A stretch of DNA of 64,000 nt from an uncultured bacterium (GTDB lineage: Bacteria; Krumholzibacteriota; Krumholzibacteriia; Krumholzibacteriales; Krumholzibacteriaceae), in NCBI GenBank assembly GCA_963786935.1, contig CAWBAN010000001.1, positions 544,001-608,000 of the forward strand, given 5' to 3'. Below, piece by piece: positions 47,153 to 57,181 of this stretch. Position 1 is the stretch's first letter; the number at the start of each line of letters is the position of its first letter. The notes beneath the pieces are model-generated. The model had not been told where the DNA came from. It did not search any database and worked only from the letters and a program-made list of their open reading frames with translations. The translations under genes were made by a program, and so were the position numbers.

Positions 47153-50100
47153 ATGTCCGGCCCGCGCTTCGTACATCTTCATAACCATTCGGAGTACAGT
47201 CTCCTCGACGGCGCGATCCGCGTCAAGGATCTCGCCGAGGCGGCGAAGGGCATGGGCATGAGCGCCGTCGCGCTCACCGACCACGGGAACCTTTTTGGGG
47301 CGGTCCCGTTCCTCAAGGCGGCCGAGGAGGCCGGCGTCAAACCGGTTCTCGGCATGGAGACGTATCTCGCCGAGGGCACGATTAAGGAACGGAGCCGCGC
47401 GGCGGGGCAGTACCGCAACGACCATCTGACGCTCCTCGTCGCGAGCGCCGAGGGCTACCGGAACCTCATCGAGCTCTCCTCCATCGCCTACATCGAAGGC
47501 TTCTACTATCGTCCCCGCATCGATCTCGATCTCCTCGCCGCCCGCTCGAAGGGGCTGATCGGCATGAGCGGCTGTCTCCAGGGAGGCGTTTCGAGGCTTC
47601 TCCGGGCGGATAAATGGAGCGAGGCGCGCGCGCTCGCGGGGCGGCTCTCCTCGATTCTCGGGCCCGGCAACTTCTATCTCGAAATCCAGAACCACGGCAT
47701 TCCCGATGAGATCGCTCTGATCCCGAAGATGGCGAAGCTCTCCGCGGAGACGGGAATCCCGCTCGTCGCGACGAACGACTGCCACTTCCTCAAGGCCGAG
47801 GACCACGAGGCGCACGACGTGCTCCTCTGCCTGCAGACCGGCAAGGACCTCGATGACGCGGCGCGCGTGCTTCGCTCCAATGCCGAGACCTATTTCAAGA
47901 CCCCCCGGCAGATGGCGGCGCTCTTCCCCGAGCATCCGGGCGCCCTCGAGGCGACGATCGGGATCGCCGAGCGGTGCGACTTCAAGCTCGGCAAGAGCGG
48001 CACGCATCTTCCGCGGTTTCCGCTCCCGCCGGGCTTCGCGAGCGCCCGTGACTACCTCGAGCACGTCGTCATGGAAAATCTGCCGAAGCGCGTCGCCGCG
48101 GTGAACGAGGACGTCCTTCGGCGCATCCGGTACGAGCTCGACGTGATTTCGAAGATGGATTTCGACGGGTACTTCCTCGTCGTGTGGGACATCGTGAATG
48201 CGGCGCGCGAGCGGAACATCCCCGTCGGGCCCGGGAGGGGATCCGGGGCGGGAAGCCTCGTCTGCTACGTGCTCGGCATCACCTCGATCAACCCGATCGA
48301 GAACGGGCTCATCTTCGAGCGCCTCCTCAATCCCGAGCGCGTTTCCATGCCGGACATCGACGTCGATTTCTGCGACGAGCGGCGGCAGGAGATCATCGAG
48401 TACGTCATCGGCCGCTACGGCGCCGAAAACGTGTGCCAGATCATCACCTTCGGGCGCATGGCGGCGCGCGCGGTCGTGCGCGACGTGGGGCGCGTGCTCA
48501 AGGTGCCCTACGGCGAGGTGGACAAGCTCGCGAAGATGATTCCCGGGCAGGTCGGAACGACGCTCGCGAAGGCGCTCGAGACGGTCCCCGAGCTCGATGC
48601 GCTCTACAAGGGAGATGAAACGGTCAAGAAGCTCATCGACCTTTCGTTCTCGCTCGAAGGGCTCGCCCGGCACGCCTCGACGCACGCGGCGGGGATCGTC
48701 ATCACGCCGACGAAGCTCACCGATTACGTGCCGCTCTTCCGGTCGAACAAGGGCGAGGTGACGACGCAGTACGAGATGAAGATCCTCGAGGAGCTCGGCG
48801 TGCTGAAGATAGACATCCTCGGGCTCAAGACCCTCTCGCAGATCAAGAACACGATCGATCTCATCGAGCGGCACGAAGGGATCCGCATCGATCCGGACGC
48901 GATACCGTTCGACGACGACGCCACGTTCGAGCTGTTCCGGCAGGGGAAGACGGTCGGGATTTTCCAGGTCGAAAGCGCCGGCATGCGCGACGTTCTCAGG
49001 AAGATCGCCCCGACGAAGTTCGAAGAAGTCATCGCCATCAACGCGCTGTACCGGCCGGGGCCCCTCGGGAGCGGCATGGTCTCGGACTTCATCGAATGCA
49101 AGCACGGCCGCAAGCCGATCGCCTACGAGGATCCGCGTCTCGAGCCGATCCTCGCCGAAACCTACGGCGTCATCCTCTACCAGGAACAGGTGATGAGAAT
49201 CGCGAGCGATCTCGCGGGGTTCACGCTCGGTCAGGCCGATATCCTGCGGCGCGCGATGGGGAAGAAGAAGAAGGAGGAGATGGAGAAGCAGCGTGCGCGG
49301 TTCATCGACGGGTCGGTCGAACGCGGGCTCACGAAGAAGAAGGCGGCGAAGATCTTCGACCTGATGAACTTCTTCTCCGGGTACGGTTTCAACAAATCAC
49401 ACTCGGCGGCGTACGCGGTCATCACGATGCAGACCGCGTATCTCAAGGCGCACTACCCGGCGGCCTTCATGGCGGCCACGATGACGTGCGACATGGCGGA
49501 CACCGACCGGCTCATAGTGCTGCTCGACGAGTGCCGGAGCCTCGGTCTCGATGTCCATCCACCCGACGTGAACGCCGGCGGGGTCGGATTCGGCCTCGCC
49601 AACGGTGAAATCACATACGGGCTCGCCGCGCTCAAGAACGTCGGTGTCCAGGCCATCCAGTCGGTCGTGGCCGCGCGCGCCGCCGGGCAGTTCGCGGACG
49701 TGTTCGATTTCTGCGAGCGGATCGACCTGCGTCTCGCGAACCGGCGCGTGGTCGAAAGCCTCATCCAGAGCGGGGCGCTCGATTCCCTTCCGGGGACGCG
49801 GGCGCAGAAGATGGCGACCCTCGACCGCGTTCTCGCCCGGGCGCAGCGGCGCCAGAGCGAGCGTGAGCGCGGCCAGGGGTTCCTCGGCTTTTCGGAAGGG
49901 TCCTCCGCCGGGGACGCCGGCGCCCTCGAGAAGGTGAGCGACTGGGACGAGGCGACCCGCCTCCATCGCGAGAAGGAATCGCTCGGGTTCTATTTCTCGG
50001 GGCATCCGCTCGACCGCCACGCCGAAATGCTCGGCAGGCTCATCACCGTCGACAGCCTGCGGCTGCGGGAAAAGCGCGATCGCGAGGCGGTCGTGGGGGC

Positions 50101-50584
50101 GGCGCTCGTCACGGATCTGCGCGTCATCCTCGATCGGAAGGGAAATCCGATGGCCTTCGTGACGGTCGAGGACGTCCACGGCAGCTACGAGATCATCGCC
50201 TTCTCCGATTGTTATCAGAAGCGCCGCAAGAAACTCCAGCAGGACCAGATCGTCGTCGTCGCCGGCAAGGTCACCGTGAAGGACGGGGGAGACGTCAAGA
50301 TCATCGCGGACGAGGTGTACACGATCGAGGAGGCCGTGCAGATGCTCGCGCGGAAGGTTCATCTGACGATTCGTCCGGATATCTTCAGCGAGAGCGGTCT
50401 CGATCGCCTCAAGGAGACGATCGGCCGGTTCCCCGGCGAGCGCGAGGTCATCTTTCACATCCGCGAGAACGGCCGTGAGCGGGGCGCCGTGCGCGCCCGC
50501 CTTGGAAGGGTGTCTCCGGCAGTCGAGCTTCTGCGGGAGTTGAACGAGATCGCAGGCGTCGAGCACGTGGAGATTTCCAGCTAG
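47153..50584 (+). CDS. dnaE: DNA polymerase III alpha subunit
   Basis: PHP domain HLHNHSEYSLLDG, TDHGNLFG, GPGRGSGAGS, MPDIDVDF, GYGFNKSHSAAY, C-terminal OB fold. No intein seen. Confidence 0.98.
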   Translation: MSGPRFVHLHNHSEYSLLDGAIRVKDLAEAAKGMGMSAVALTDHGNLFGAVPFLKAAEEAGVKPVLGMETYLAEGTIKERSRAAGQYRNDHLTLLVASAEGYRNLIELSSIAYIEGFYYRPRIDLDLLAARSKGLIGMSGCLQGGVSRLLRADKWSEARALAGRLSSILGPGNFYLEIQNHGIPDEIALIPKMAKLSAETGIPLVATNDCHFLKAEDHEAHDVLLCLQTGKDLDDAARVLRSNAETYFKTPRQMAALFPEHPGALEATIGIAERCDFKLGKSGTHLPRFPLPPGFASARDYLEHVVMENLPKRVAAVNEDVLRRIRYELDVISKMDFDGYFLVVWDIVNAARERNIPVGPGRGSGAGSLVCYVLGITSINPIENGLIFERLLNPERVSMPDIDVDFCDERRQEIIEYVIGRYGAENVCQIITFGRMAARAVVRDVGRVLKVPYGEVDKLAKMIPGQVGTTLAKALETVPELDALYKGDETVKKLIDLSFSLEGLARHASTHAAGIVITPTKLTDYVPLFRSNKGEVTTQYEMKILEELGVLKIDILGLKTLSQIKNTIDLIERHEGIRIDPDAIPFDDDATFELFRQGKTVGIFQVESAGMRDVLRKIAPTKFEEVIAINALYRPGPLGSGMVSDFIECKHGRKPIAYEDPRLEPILAETYGVILYQEQVMRIASDLAGFTLGQADILRRAMGKKKKEEMEKQRARFIDGSVERGLTKKKAAKIFDLMNFFSGYGFNKSHSAAYAVITMQTAYLKAHYPAAFMAATMTCDMADTDRLIVLLDECRSLGLDVHPPDVNAGGVGFGLANGEITYGLAALKNVGVQAIQSVVAARAAGQFADVFDFCERIDLRLANRRVVESLIQSGALDSLPGTRAQKMATLDRVLARAQRRQSERERGQGFLGFSEGSSAGDAGALEKVSDWDEATRLHREKESLGFYFSGHPLDRHAEMLGRLITVDSLRLREKRDREAVVGAALVTDLRVILDRKGNPMAFVTVEDVHGSYEIIAFSDCYQKRRKKLQQDQIVVVAGKVTVKDGGDVKIIADEVYTIEEAVQMLARKVHLTIRPDIFSESGLDRLKETIGRFPGEREVIFHIRENGRERGAVRARLGRVSPAVELLRELNEIAGVEHVEISS

Positions 50585-50627
50585 GGGGCGCCCCTCCGAC
50601 GGGAAGCCGCGGGGGGGATTTTTGGGC

Positions 50628-50657
50628 TTGACCCTATCGCTTTGCGTCCTATATAAT
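50628..50657 (+). promoter_or_regulatory. sigma70 promoter for the trm112-porU region
   Basis: TTGACC-18 nt-TATAAT. Confidence 0.6.
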
Positions 50658-50704
50658 TAAGATGCCAGCTCGAAAGGTGCGAAAATACGAGTCCCGTGTT
50701 GCAT

Positions 50705-50755
50705 GTCCCTGATCGGAAAGATTGCGCTTTCCATTCGTGTCAGGGATTTTTATTT
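50705..50755 (+). terminator. Terminator-like hairpin inside the 5' leader
   Basis: TCCCTGA (50706-12) pairs with TCAGGGA (50740-46); inner stem GGAAAG/CTTTCC; followed by TTTTTATTT. Confidence 0.5.
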
Positions 50756-50773
50756 GGGGGGTGCGTGAACCGC

Positions 50774-50941
50774 ATGATTAAAAAGGAGCTCCTCGATATT
50801 CTGGCATGTCCCGCCTGCAAGGGGAAGGTCGTTCTGAACGAAGCGGGAACGCAGCTTCTCTGCGGCGCGTGCCGCCTTCTCTATCCGATCGAGGAGGAGA
50901 TTCCGATCATGCTCGTCGACAGGGCCGAGAGGATCGAATAG
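50774..50941 (+). CDS. Trm112/YcaR-family small zinc-binding protein
   Basis: ELLDILACPACKG...LLCGACRLLYPIEEEIPIML. Confidence 0.88.
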   Translation: MIKKELLDILACPACKGKVVLNEAGTQLLCGACRLLYPIEEEIPIMLVDRAERIE

Positions 50942-51001
50942 CGGTTCGAGCGGAGGTCCCGGAGCCGTGTGCCTCGTCGTGTACCCGATTCGGAGGGGCG
51001 T

Positions 51002-54000
51002 ATGAAGAAACTCCTGTTCGCGGCCGCGCTCTGGACGGCGTTCGCGTCCCCTGCCCGCGCCGAGATTGCCCGCGTCGTTTCCACGAGCGCAGGGAGCGTC
51101 ACCGTCGAAATCGTCGTTCCCGAACCGTCCATCGCGCCCGTCGAGGGGGACGGCGGCGAGCGACTGAGCAGGGTCTTCGTGAAGGGATTCTACTCCCTCG
51201 ACGTCGAGGGCGCGCCCATCCTGCCCGTCCGGCGCCTCTTCTTCGCCGTCGGTTCACGGGATGACGTCCGGCTCGACGTGCTCGAGGAGGAGACATATTT
51301 CCTCGGGGGCGTGCTGCCGGCGGTGGCTCTCGATAAAGGCACCTTCGCGGACGAGCGCGCGGCGCTCGCGAAGGCCCCGCCGCTCGCGGAGCAGCGCTTC
51401 GTCCGTTTCTCCGGCGTCGAAACGGTGCGCGGCAGATACTGCGCGTTCGTCGATGTCCAGCCGGTGCTGTTCGATCCGGCGGCGAAGGGGCTTTCGTGCG
51501 CCCGCCGGCTCTTGATCCGGCTGTCGTTCCTGCCCGGGGCGGAGGGAAAGCCGGGGAGTGGTGCGTTCCTCGGCGGCGATCTGTTCGTCAACGCTGCGCA
51601 GGCCGCGTCATGGAGCAGGGTTCCTGCGGCCGCCGGCGCGGCCCGCACGCCCTTCGAATTCTCCCTCTCGCCCGACTGGATCAAGATCCGGGTGCGGGAA
51701 AGAGGAATTTATTTCGTCACGTACAACGATCTGCTTGCCGCGGGCGCCAATCCCTCGCTCATCGATCCGGCTACGCTGCGCCTATTCTCGGGAGGGCTCT
51801 ACCCCGAACCCGACAGCCTGAGCCAGGGCGGAAGCTGGCGCGAAGATTACCATTTCACCGAGCATGCGATACTGTACCGGGGGCAGACGGGAGGATCCCT
51901 GCAGCCGACGGATACGGTGTTTTTCTACGGCCTCCCCGCGGCGGGATGGGTGAACGACGCCGATCCGGCGGGAGGCGCGAGAGAGTACTACAAGCATCCG
52001 TACGATTCGATGAGCGTGTACTGGCTCACGTGGGGTGGAGATTTCGCCGGGGCGCCTCGCCGGATGGCCGAGCGCGACGTCGCGCCGCTCTTCGATCCGG
52101 GGGATACGCTGATCACGTGGTACGAGGAGCGAATCCGCGCGGAGCAGGATCTCTACTACGATCCCATATACGCCGACGACCGGTGGTACTGGAACTTCCT
52201 TAAGATGAACGGGAGCACGACCTTCCAGAACGAGTTTTTCACGCGCGACGTCGCCGACGGGGCGGGCGTGATGAAGACCAAGGCGTACGGGCCTTACAAC
52301 TACGCGAGATACCAGAACACGGCGACGTATCGCGTCAACGGCGTCATAGCCGGGACGCTCACCTGGATCGTGACGTACGGATACAATCCGTCGGGCATGC
52401 GGATTCTCGAGGCTCCCGTGTCGAATTTCGTCGAGGGGCGGAACGTTTTCACGGCGACGAAGCCCGTCGACAACGAGATGTACATGTTCTGGTACGAGAT
52501 ATTCTATCACCGGCTGCTCAAGGCAGCCGACGGGGCGCTCAATTTCGGCGTGCCCGAGCGGGAGCGCCGCGCGCGGTACGAGCTCTCAGGTTTTCCGGTC
52601 GGCGAGAAGCTGCTCTTCGACGTCACCGAAGACGAGACCCCCGTCCTCTGCGTCGGGTGGCAGCCGTCGGAAGGGGGCGTCGGCCAGATCGCGTTCGAGG
52701 ATTCGCTCCAGGGGCGGCCGCGCCGGTACGCGGCCGTTTCGAGGAGCGCGCTCAGGAAGGGTTCGCTCTCGTTCGCGAGCGTTCCATCACTGCGGGACGA
52801 GATCGACTGCCCGGACATGGTGATCCTGCATCATGGGGATTTTCGGGACGCGGCGCTCATTCTGAAGGCGCACCGCGAGCGCGTGTTTCCGGGTGTGGCC
52901 GCTCCGGTCGTGCGCGCCGTGGACATCGCCGACGTGTACAACAATTTCTCCGGCGGACGCAAGGATCCGGTCGCGATCCGCAACTATCTCAAGTTCCTCT
53001 ACGATCGGGGCGGGTGCGGGGGAGGGGCGGAGCCTGTCATCAAGTACGTGCTGCTGATCGGTAACGGCACGTACGACGCGCGGAACCTGCTCGGCCAGAA
53101 CAACGATTTCCTGCCGCTCTACATGAACATCCGCTACCCGAACGAGTCAGAAGGGGTCGAGGACGAGGACTTCTTCGTGAAGCTCGACGGCGGCGTCGAT
53201 AGGGCGCCCGACCTCGCGATCGGACGGATGAGCGTGCTCACGAGCCGCGAGGCCTCCTCGTGGGCGCAGCGTATCGTGGATTATGAAGCAGCGCCGGACC
53301 GCGGCGCATGGCGGGGCCGGGTGCTGCTCGTCGCCGACGACGAATATTCCACGCACCGGGACGACGACTTTGAATTTCTCATCTCGACCGAGGAACTGGC
53401 GGGCCGCGCCGGCCCGTTTCCGACACCGCTCGACGTCGAGAAGATATACCTCCACGTCTATCCGTTCGACGGCGATGTGAAGCCCGAGGCGCGCAAGGAT
53501 TTCCTCAAGCGATGGAGCGACGGCGCCCTCATCATCAACTACAATGGGCACGGCTCTCCGCTCCAGATGGCGGACGAGCGCGTGATGGTCAACTCCGACA
53601 TCTATTCGCTCACGAACGGCGCGCGGCGCCCGCTCCTCCTGTCCTTCTCGTGCTCGGTCGGAGATCTCGATTCGCCGTACCATCGGAGCATGGGGCAGAA
53701 CATGACGACCTACGATCCGGGCGGCGCCATCGGAACGATCGCGGCGGCGGCGCCGACGTACCTCTATCCGAACAAGCTGCTCAACGAAACGATCTATGAG
53801 AAGATCTTCACCTCGAAGGACAGCACGGGAACGAGGCCGCTGGGCTATGCGCTCCAGCTCGCGAAATACGATATCGTCTCGCAGGAGGGATATGAGAGCA
53901 ACAACGCGAAGTATCTGCTCCTCGGCGATCCCGCTATGAGCCTCGCGATCCCGTCGTATCCTGTCGAGCATGAGACCGCAGCCATAGACACCATGCAGAC

Positions 54001-54985
54001 GGGGCAGAAGTACCGGGTCGAGGGATCGGTCACCGCGGGCGGCTCCGTGCTCATGTCCTTTAACGGGACCGCCGACGTGATCGTTCAGGAGGCGGAATAC
54101 AAGATCGTCGAATCATTCTCGTCGGGGGGCGTTCCGATCACCCTGCGCTATGCGTTGCCCGGCAATGAGCTGTTCCGCGGGACGGTGGACGTCGCGGCGG
54201 GCAGATATACGATCGAGTTCGTCGTGCCGAAGCGATGCCACGCGGGCCCCGACGCGCGGATACGGAGCTACGTATCGTCCCCGGGCATCGACGGCGTGGG
54301 CGCCTGCGACACGCTTCGAATCGTTCAAGCGGAGACGCCGCGCCCCGATCTCGAACCTCCCTCCGTGAACGTTTATTTCGCCGGGCAGGCGACGAAGGTC
54401 AAGGCGGGTGCGCGGCTCATCGCCGAGATCTCCGATCCGGACGGGATCGCGATTCTCGGCACCGAGCCGCAGAGCTCGATCTTCCTCGAGTTCGACGGGA
54501 GCGGCTTCCCGGTGTACGTGACCGATTACTTCACGTACGATCACGGCTCCTATACGTCGGGAACGGTGGAGTATCCGCTCTCGGCCGGCTTCGAGCCGGG
54601 GCCGCATACGGTCATGATCAAGGCGTTCGACAACCTCGGGATGTCGTCCTCCGATACGCTTTCGTTCGAAATCGTCGAGGAGGGACTCTACGAGGTGAGC
54701 GACGTGTTCAACATCCCGAATCCGTTTTCCGAAAGCACGAATTTCGTTTTCCAGGTGACGAATCCCGCCGATGTCAGGCTCGCGGTCTTCACCGTGTCCG
54801 GAATCAAGGTCTGGGAACGGCGCATGGATGCCCTGGAAGGATTCAACGGCATCTATTGGGACGGCCGTGACGACGCGGGGGACCGGATCGCGAACGGGAC
54901 GTATCTGTACGTCCTCGAAGTCGAATTCAAGGACTCCTTCCACCGGACGGAGACGGTCAGGGGAAAGGCGGTCTTGCTTCGCTGA
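51002..54985 (+). CDS. porU: PorU-like type IX secretion sortase (peptidase C25) with C-terminal FlgD-Ig-like domain
   Basis: Signal peptide, WIKIRVRERGIY, VYNNFSGGRKDPVAIRNYLK, YVLLIGNGTYD, PDLAIGRM, LIINYNGHG (catalytic His), FSCSVG (catalytic Cys), YLLLGDPA, IKAFDNLG, NIPNPF...WDGRDDAGDRIANGTYLY. Confidence 0.85.
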   Translation: MKKLLFAAALWTAFASPARAEIARVVSTSAGSVTVEIVVPEPSIAPVEGDGGERLSRVFVKGFYSLDVEGAPILPVRRLFFAVGSRDDVRLDVLEEETYFLGGVLPAVALDKGTFADERAALAKAPPLAEQRFVRFSGVETVRGRYCAFVDVQPVLFDPAAKGLSCARRLLIRLSFLPGAEGKPGSGAFLGGDLFVNAAQAASWSRVPAAAGAARTPFEFSLSPDWIKIRVRERGIYFVTYNDLLAAGANPSLIDPATLRLFSGGLYPEPDSLSQGGSWREDYHFTEHAILYRGQTGGSLQPTDTVFFYGLPAAGWVNDADPAGGAREYYKHPYDSMSVYWLTWGGDFAGAPRRMAERDVAPLFDPGDTLITWYEERIRAEQDLYYDPIYADDRWYWNFLKMNGSTTFQNEFFTRDVADGAGVMKTKAYGPYNYARYQNTATYRVNGVIAGTLTWIVTYGYNPSGMRILEAPVSNFVEGRNVFTATKPVDNEMYMFWYEIFYHRLLKAADGALNFGVPERERRARYELSGFPVGEKLLFDVTEDETPVLCVGWQPSEGGVGQIAFEDSLQGRPRRYAAVSRSALRKGSLSFASVPSLRDEIDCPDMVILHHGDFRDAALILKAHRERVFPGVAAPVVRAVDIADVYNNFSGGRKDPVAIRNYLKFLYDRGGCGGGAEPVIKYVLLIGNGTYDARNLLGQNNDFLPLYMNIRYPNESEGVEDEDFFVKLDGGVDRAPDLAIGRMSVLTSREASSWAQRIVDYEAAPDRGAWRGRVLLVADDEYSTHRDDDFEFLISTEELAGRAGPFPTPLDVEKIYLHVYPFDGDVKPEARKDFLKRWSDGALIINYNGHGSPLQMADERVMVNSDIYSLTNGARRPLLLSFSCSVGDLDSPYHRSMGQNMTTYDPGGAIGTIAAAAPTYLYPNKLLNETIYEKIFTSKDSTGTRPLGYALQLAKYDIVSQEGYESNNAKYLLLGDPAMSLAIPSYPVEHETAAIDTMQTGQKYRVEGSVTAGGSVLMSFNGTADVIVQEAEYKIVESFSSGGVPITLRYALPGNELFRGTVDVAAGRYTIEFVVPKRCHAGPDARIRSYVSSPGIDGVGACDTLRIVQAETPRPDLEPPSVNVYFAGQATKVKAGARLIAEISDPDGIAILGTEPQSSIFLEFDGSGFPVYVTDYFTYDHGSYTSGTVEYPLSAGFEPGPHTVMIKAFDNLGMSSSDTLSFEIVEEGLYEVSDVFNIPNPFSESTNFVFQVTNPADVRLAVFTVSGIKVWERRMDALEGFNGIYWDGRDDAGDRIANGTYLYVLEVEFKDSFHRTETVRGKAVLLR

Positions 54986-55107
54986 CGCTCCCGGACGCCC
55001 CTGAACCGGACGCGGAGATTTCGCCGCGGACGCCGGGCAAACAGCTTGACCCGGAAGAGGATGCCTATTATTTATAGTGTATAGCGGTTAGAATGGAGGA
55101 TCTGCGT

Positions 55108-56100
55108 ATGCTGAAGAATCTGACGGTATGGGGGCTGGCGGCGGTCTTGACCATTTCCCTGGCGGGCGCTCTTCGCGCCCAGGGAGAATCGGGAGCCCAT
55201 TGTCTCATCATTCCCCCGAGCGCCCGGGCGAACGGGCTCGGGCAGACGTATGTCGCGATCGCGGATGACGCCACGGGCATCTGGTGGAATCCCGCCGGGC
55301 TCGCGTTCGTGAATACGGCGGTGGATCTCATGCATTCGCAGCTCGTTCCGGAGCTCGCGTCGGACGTTTTCTACGAGTATTTCGGCGGCGCCTTCAAGGT
55401 CAAGGGGTTCGGGACGGTGGGCGCGTCGCTGATCTACCTCACGTACGGCGACTGGGAAGCTCGCGATCAGAACAACAACTATCTGGGGCAGTACTCGTCG
55501 TGGGAAATCGCCCCGACCCTGAGCGGCGCGGTCAAGGTCTGGAACGACCTCGGCATCGGCATGAATATCAAGTTCATCTATATCGACCTCGCGCCGAAGG
55601 AGGCGACCGTCGAAGGGCAGGCGGGACGGGGAAGCTCGGTGGCCGTCGACATGGGCGCGCTCTGGAGGATACCCGATTTCAAGGTCCTGGGATTCACGGT
55701 TTCGAGATTCGATCTCGGCCTGTGCGTGTCGAATCTCGGACCGTCCGTCAGCTTCGTGAACGTCGATCAGGCCGCGGAGCTCCCGCGAAACCTGCGCGCC
55801 GGATTCGCCTATACCCCGTACGCGAGCGATCTCGGCAGGGTGACCGTCGCGGCGGAGGTCAACCGGCCGCTCGTGGAGTTCGAGCGTTCGAATACCTACC
55901 ACGCCGGTGCGGAACTGTCCTATATCGATCTGATTTCGGTGCGCGTCGGCTACATGCACGACAGGGACGGCAACATCATGGACCCGACGTACGGGCTCGG
56001 ATTCAGCTTCAGCAAACGCTACCGGCTCGACTGGGCGAGCATTCCTCAGTCTCAGGAGCTCGGCAGGGTTCATCGCTGGTCGATCGGTTTCACGTTCTAG
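55108..56100 (+). CDS. porV: PorV/PorQ-family outer-membrane beta-barrel
   Basis: GGAGGA RBS. LIIPPSARANGLG..YVAIADDATGIWWNPAGL, SNLGP, LPRNLRAG, HRWSIGFTF (C-terminal Phe). Directly follows porU. Confidence 0.85.
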   Translation: MLKNLTVWGLAAVLTISLAGALRAQGESGAHCLIIPPSARANGLGQTYVAIADDATGIWWNPAGLAFVNTAVDLMHSQLVPELASDVFYEYFGGAFKVKGFGTVGASLIYLTYGDWEARDQNNNYLGQYSSWEIAPTLSGAVKVWNDLGIGMNIKFIYIDLAPKEATVEGQAGRGSSVAVDMGALWRIPDFKVLGFTVSRFDLGLCVSNLGPSVSFVNVDQAAELPRNLRAGFAYTPYASDLGRVTVAAEVNRPLVEFERSNTYHAGAELSYIDLISVRVGYMHDRDGNIMDPTYGLGFSFSKRYRLDWASIPQSQELGRVHRWSIGFTF

Positions 56101-56217
56101 CCCCTGGGAAAGGATTGAGGCGCCATCGACGGGGCATCGTTCCGGAAAGCCGGCGCGATCGGCCTGCCGCCGGTTCTTGCGCATGGCAGCCGTCGGGCGC
56201 TCAAGCGCGGAGGTCGT

Positions 56218-57168
56218 ATGCGGTTTGCAGTCGTTCCGTTCATGGCGATGCTGCTCGCGCTGCTGCCGGCCGGACCGTCCGGGGCATCGGGGCCCCCGAG
56301 CGTAAAGGAGAACCCGAGCGCCGCCGCGCCGGGGATCGGAACATCCGTGTTTCGCCCGGACGGCGATCTGATGCGCCCGAATGCCCTCATGCTCGGAGAG
56401 CGTCTCCCCGCTCACGCGACGCGAATGGCGACGCCGGGCGAATACCTCGCGCTCGCGCAGGGGGCGGGCGCGGCTCCCGGGAGGGTCCCCTGGACCCGCC
56501 GGAACACCGCGATCGCGATTCTCGCTTCCGCGGTTCTGCCGGGGATGGGAGAACTCTACTGCTACCGGTCCTCGCGCGATAATTGGACCCTCGCGAGGGT
56601 CCCCGTGTTTCTCGCCGTCGAGGGATACCTCTGGTACAGCTACGCCGACAATAAGGACATGGGAAAAGACGAAAAGGCGCGATATGAGGCATACGCCGAC
56701 GAGCACTGGAGCCTGGACAAGTTCCTCGCGGATCACCCGTGCTGCCAGGGGCTCGGCGGCTGCGAAAGCTACGATGACTATAACGAATCCTGCAAGAACG
56801 ATTACAACTATTTCTACTATACGCCCGTCGAGGATGATCGCGAGGAATACTACGAGAACATCGGCAAGTACAACGCGTTCGCTTTCGGCTGGGACGACTG
56901 CGTCATCATCGATACCGCCGATCCGAACTTCACGTATCAGACGCCGCACCGCGTGGAGTATGTGGGCATCCGCAACTCGAGCGACGACTACTTGCTGAAA
57001 GCCGACCAGAGTCTCATGGGGCTCATCGTGAACCGTGTCGTTTCCATGATCGACACGGCGTGGCTTTCGTACCAGCTCTCGAAGGGGCAGGATCCGGACA
57101 AGGGATGGGGGATCAGGTTCAGGACATTCGAGGAAACGCCCACCGTCGTCATCAATCGCCGCTTCTAG
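56218..57168 (+). CDS. Hypothetical envelope protein (DUF5683-like), paralog 1
   Basis: Signal peptide, SAVLPGMGELY, YEAYADEHW, YYENIGKY..FAFGWD, NRVVSMIDTA; ends NRRF. Confidence 0.7.
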   Translation: MRFAVVPFMAMLLALLPAGPSGASGPPSVKENPSAAAPGIGTSVFRPDGDLMRPNALMLGERLPAHATRMATPGEYLALAQGAGAAPGRVPWTRRNTAIAILASAVLPGMGELYCYRSSRDNWTLARVPVFLAVEGYLWYSYADNKDMGKDEKARYEAYADEHWSLDKFLADHPCCQGLGGCESYDDYNESCKNDYNYFYYTPVEDDREEYYENIGKYNAFAFGWDDCVIIDTADPNFTYQTPHRVEYVGIRNSSDDYLLKADQSLMGLIVNRVVSMIDTAWLSYQLSKGQDPDKGWGIRFRTFEETPTVVINRRF

Positions 57169-57181
57169 GAGAGGAGAAACG

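Noticed and set aside
47153..50584. Intein or split in dnaE
   Set aside because: Length (1143 aa) and motif order are normal, with no C/S...HN intein boundaries.
50585..50623. G/C-rich hairpin with T run after dnaE
   Set aside because: The stem is imperfect. It is a possible terminator but too weak to list.
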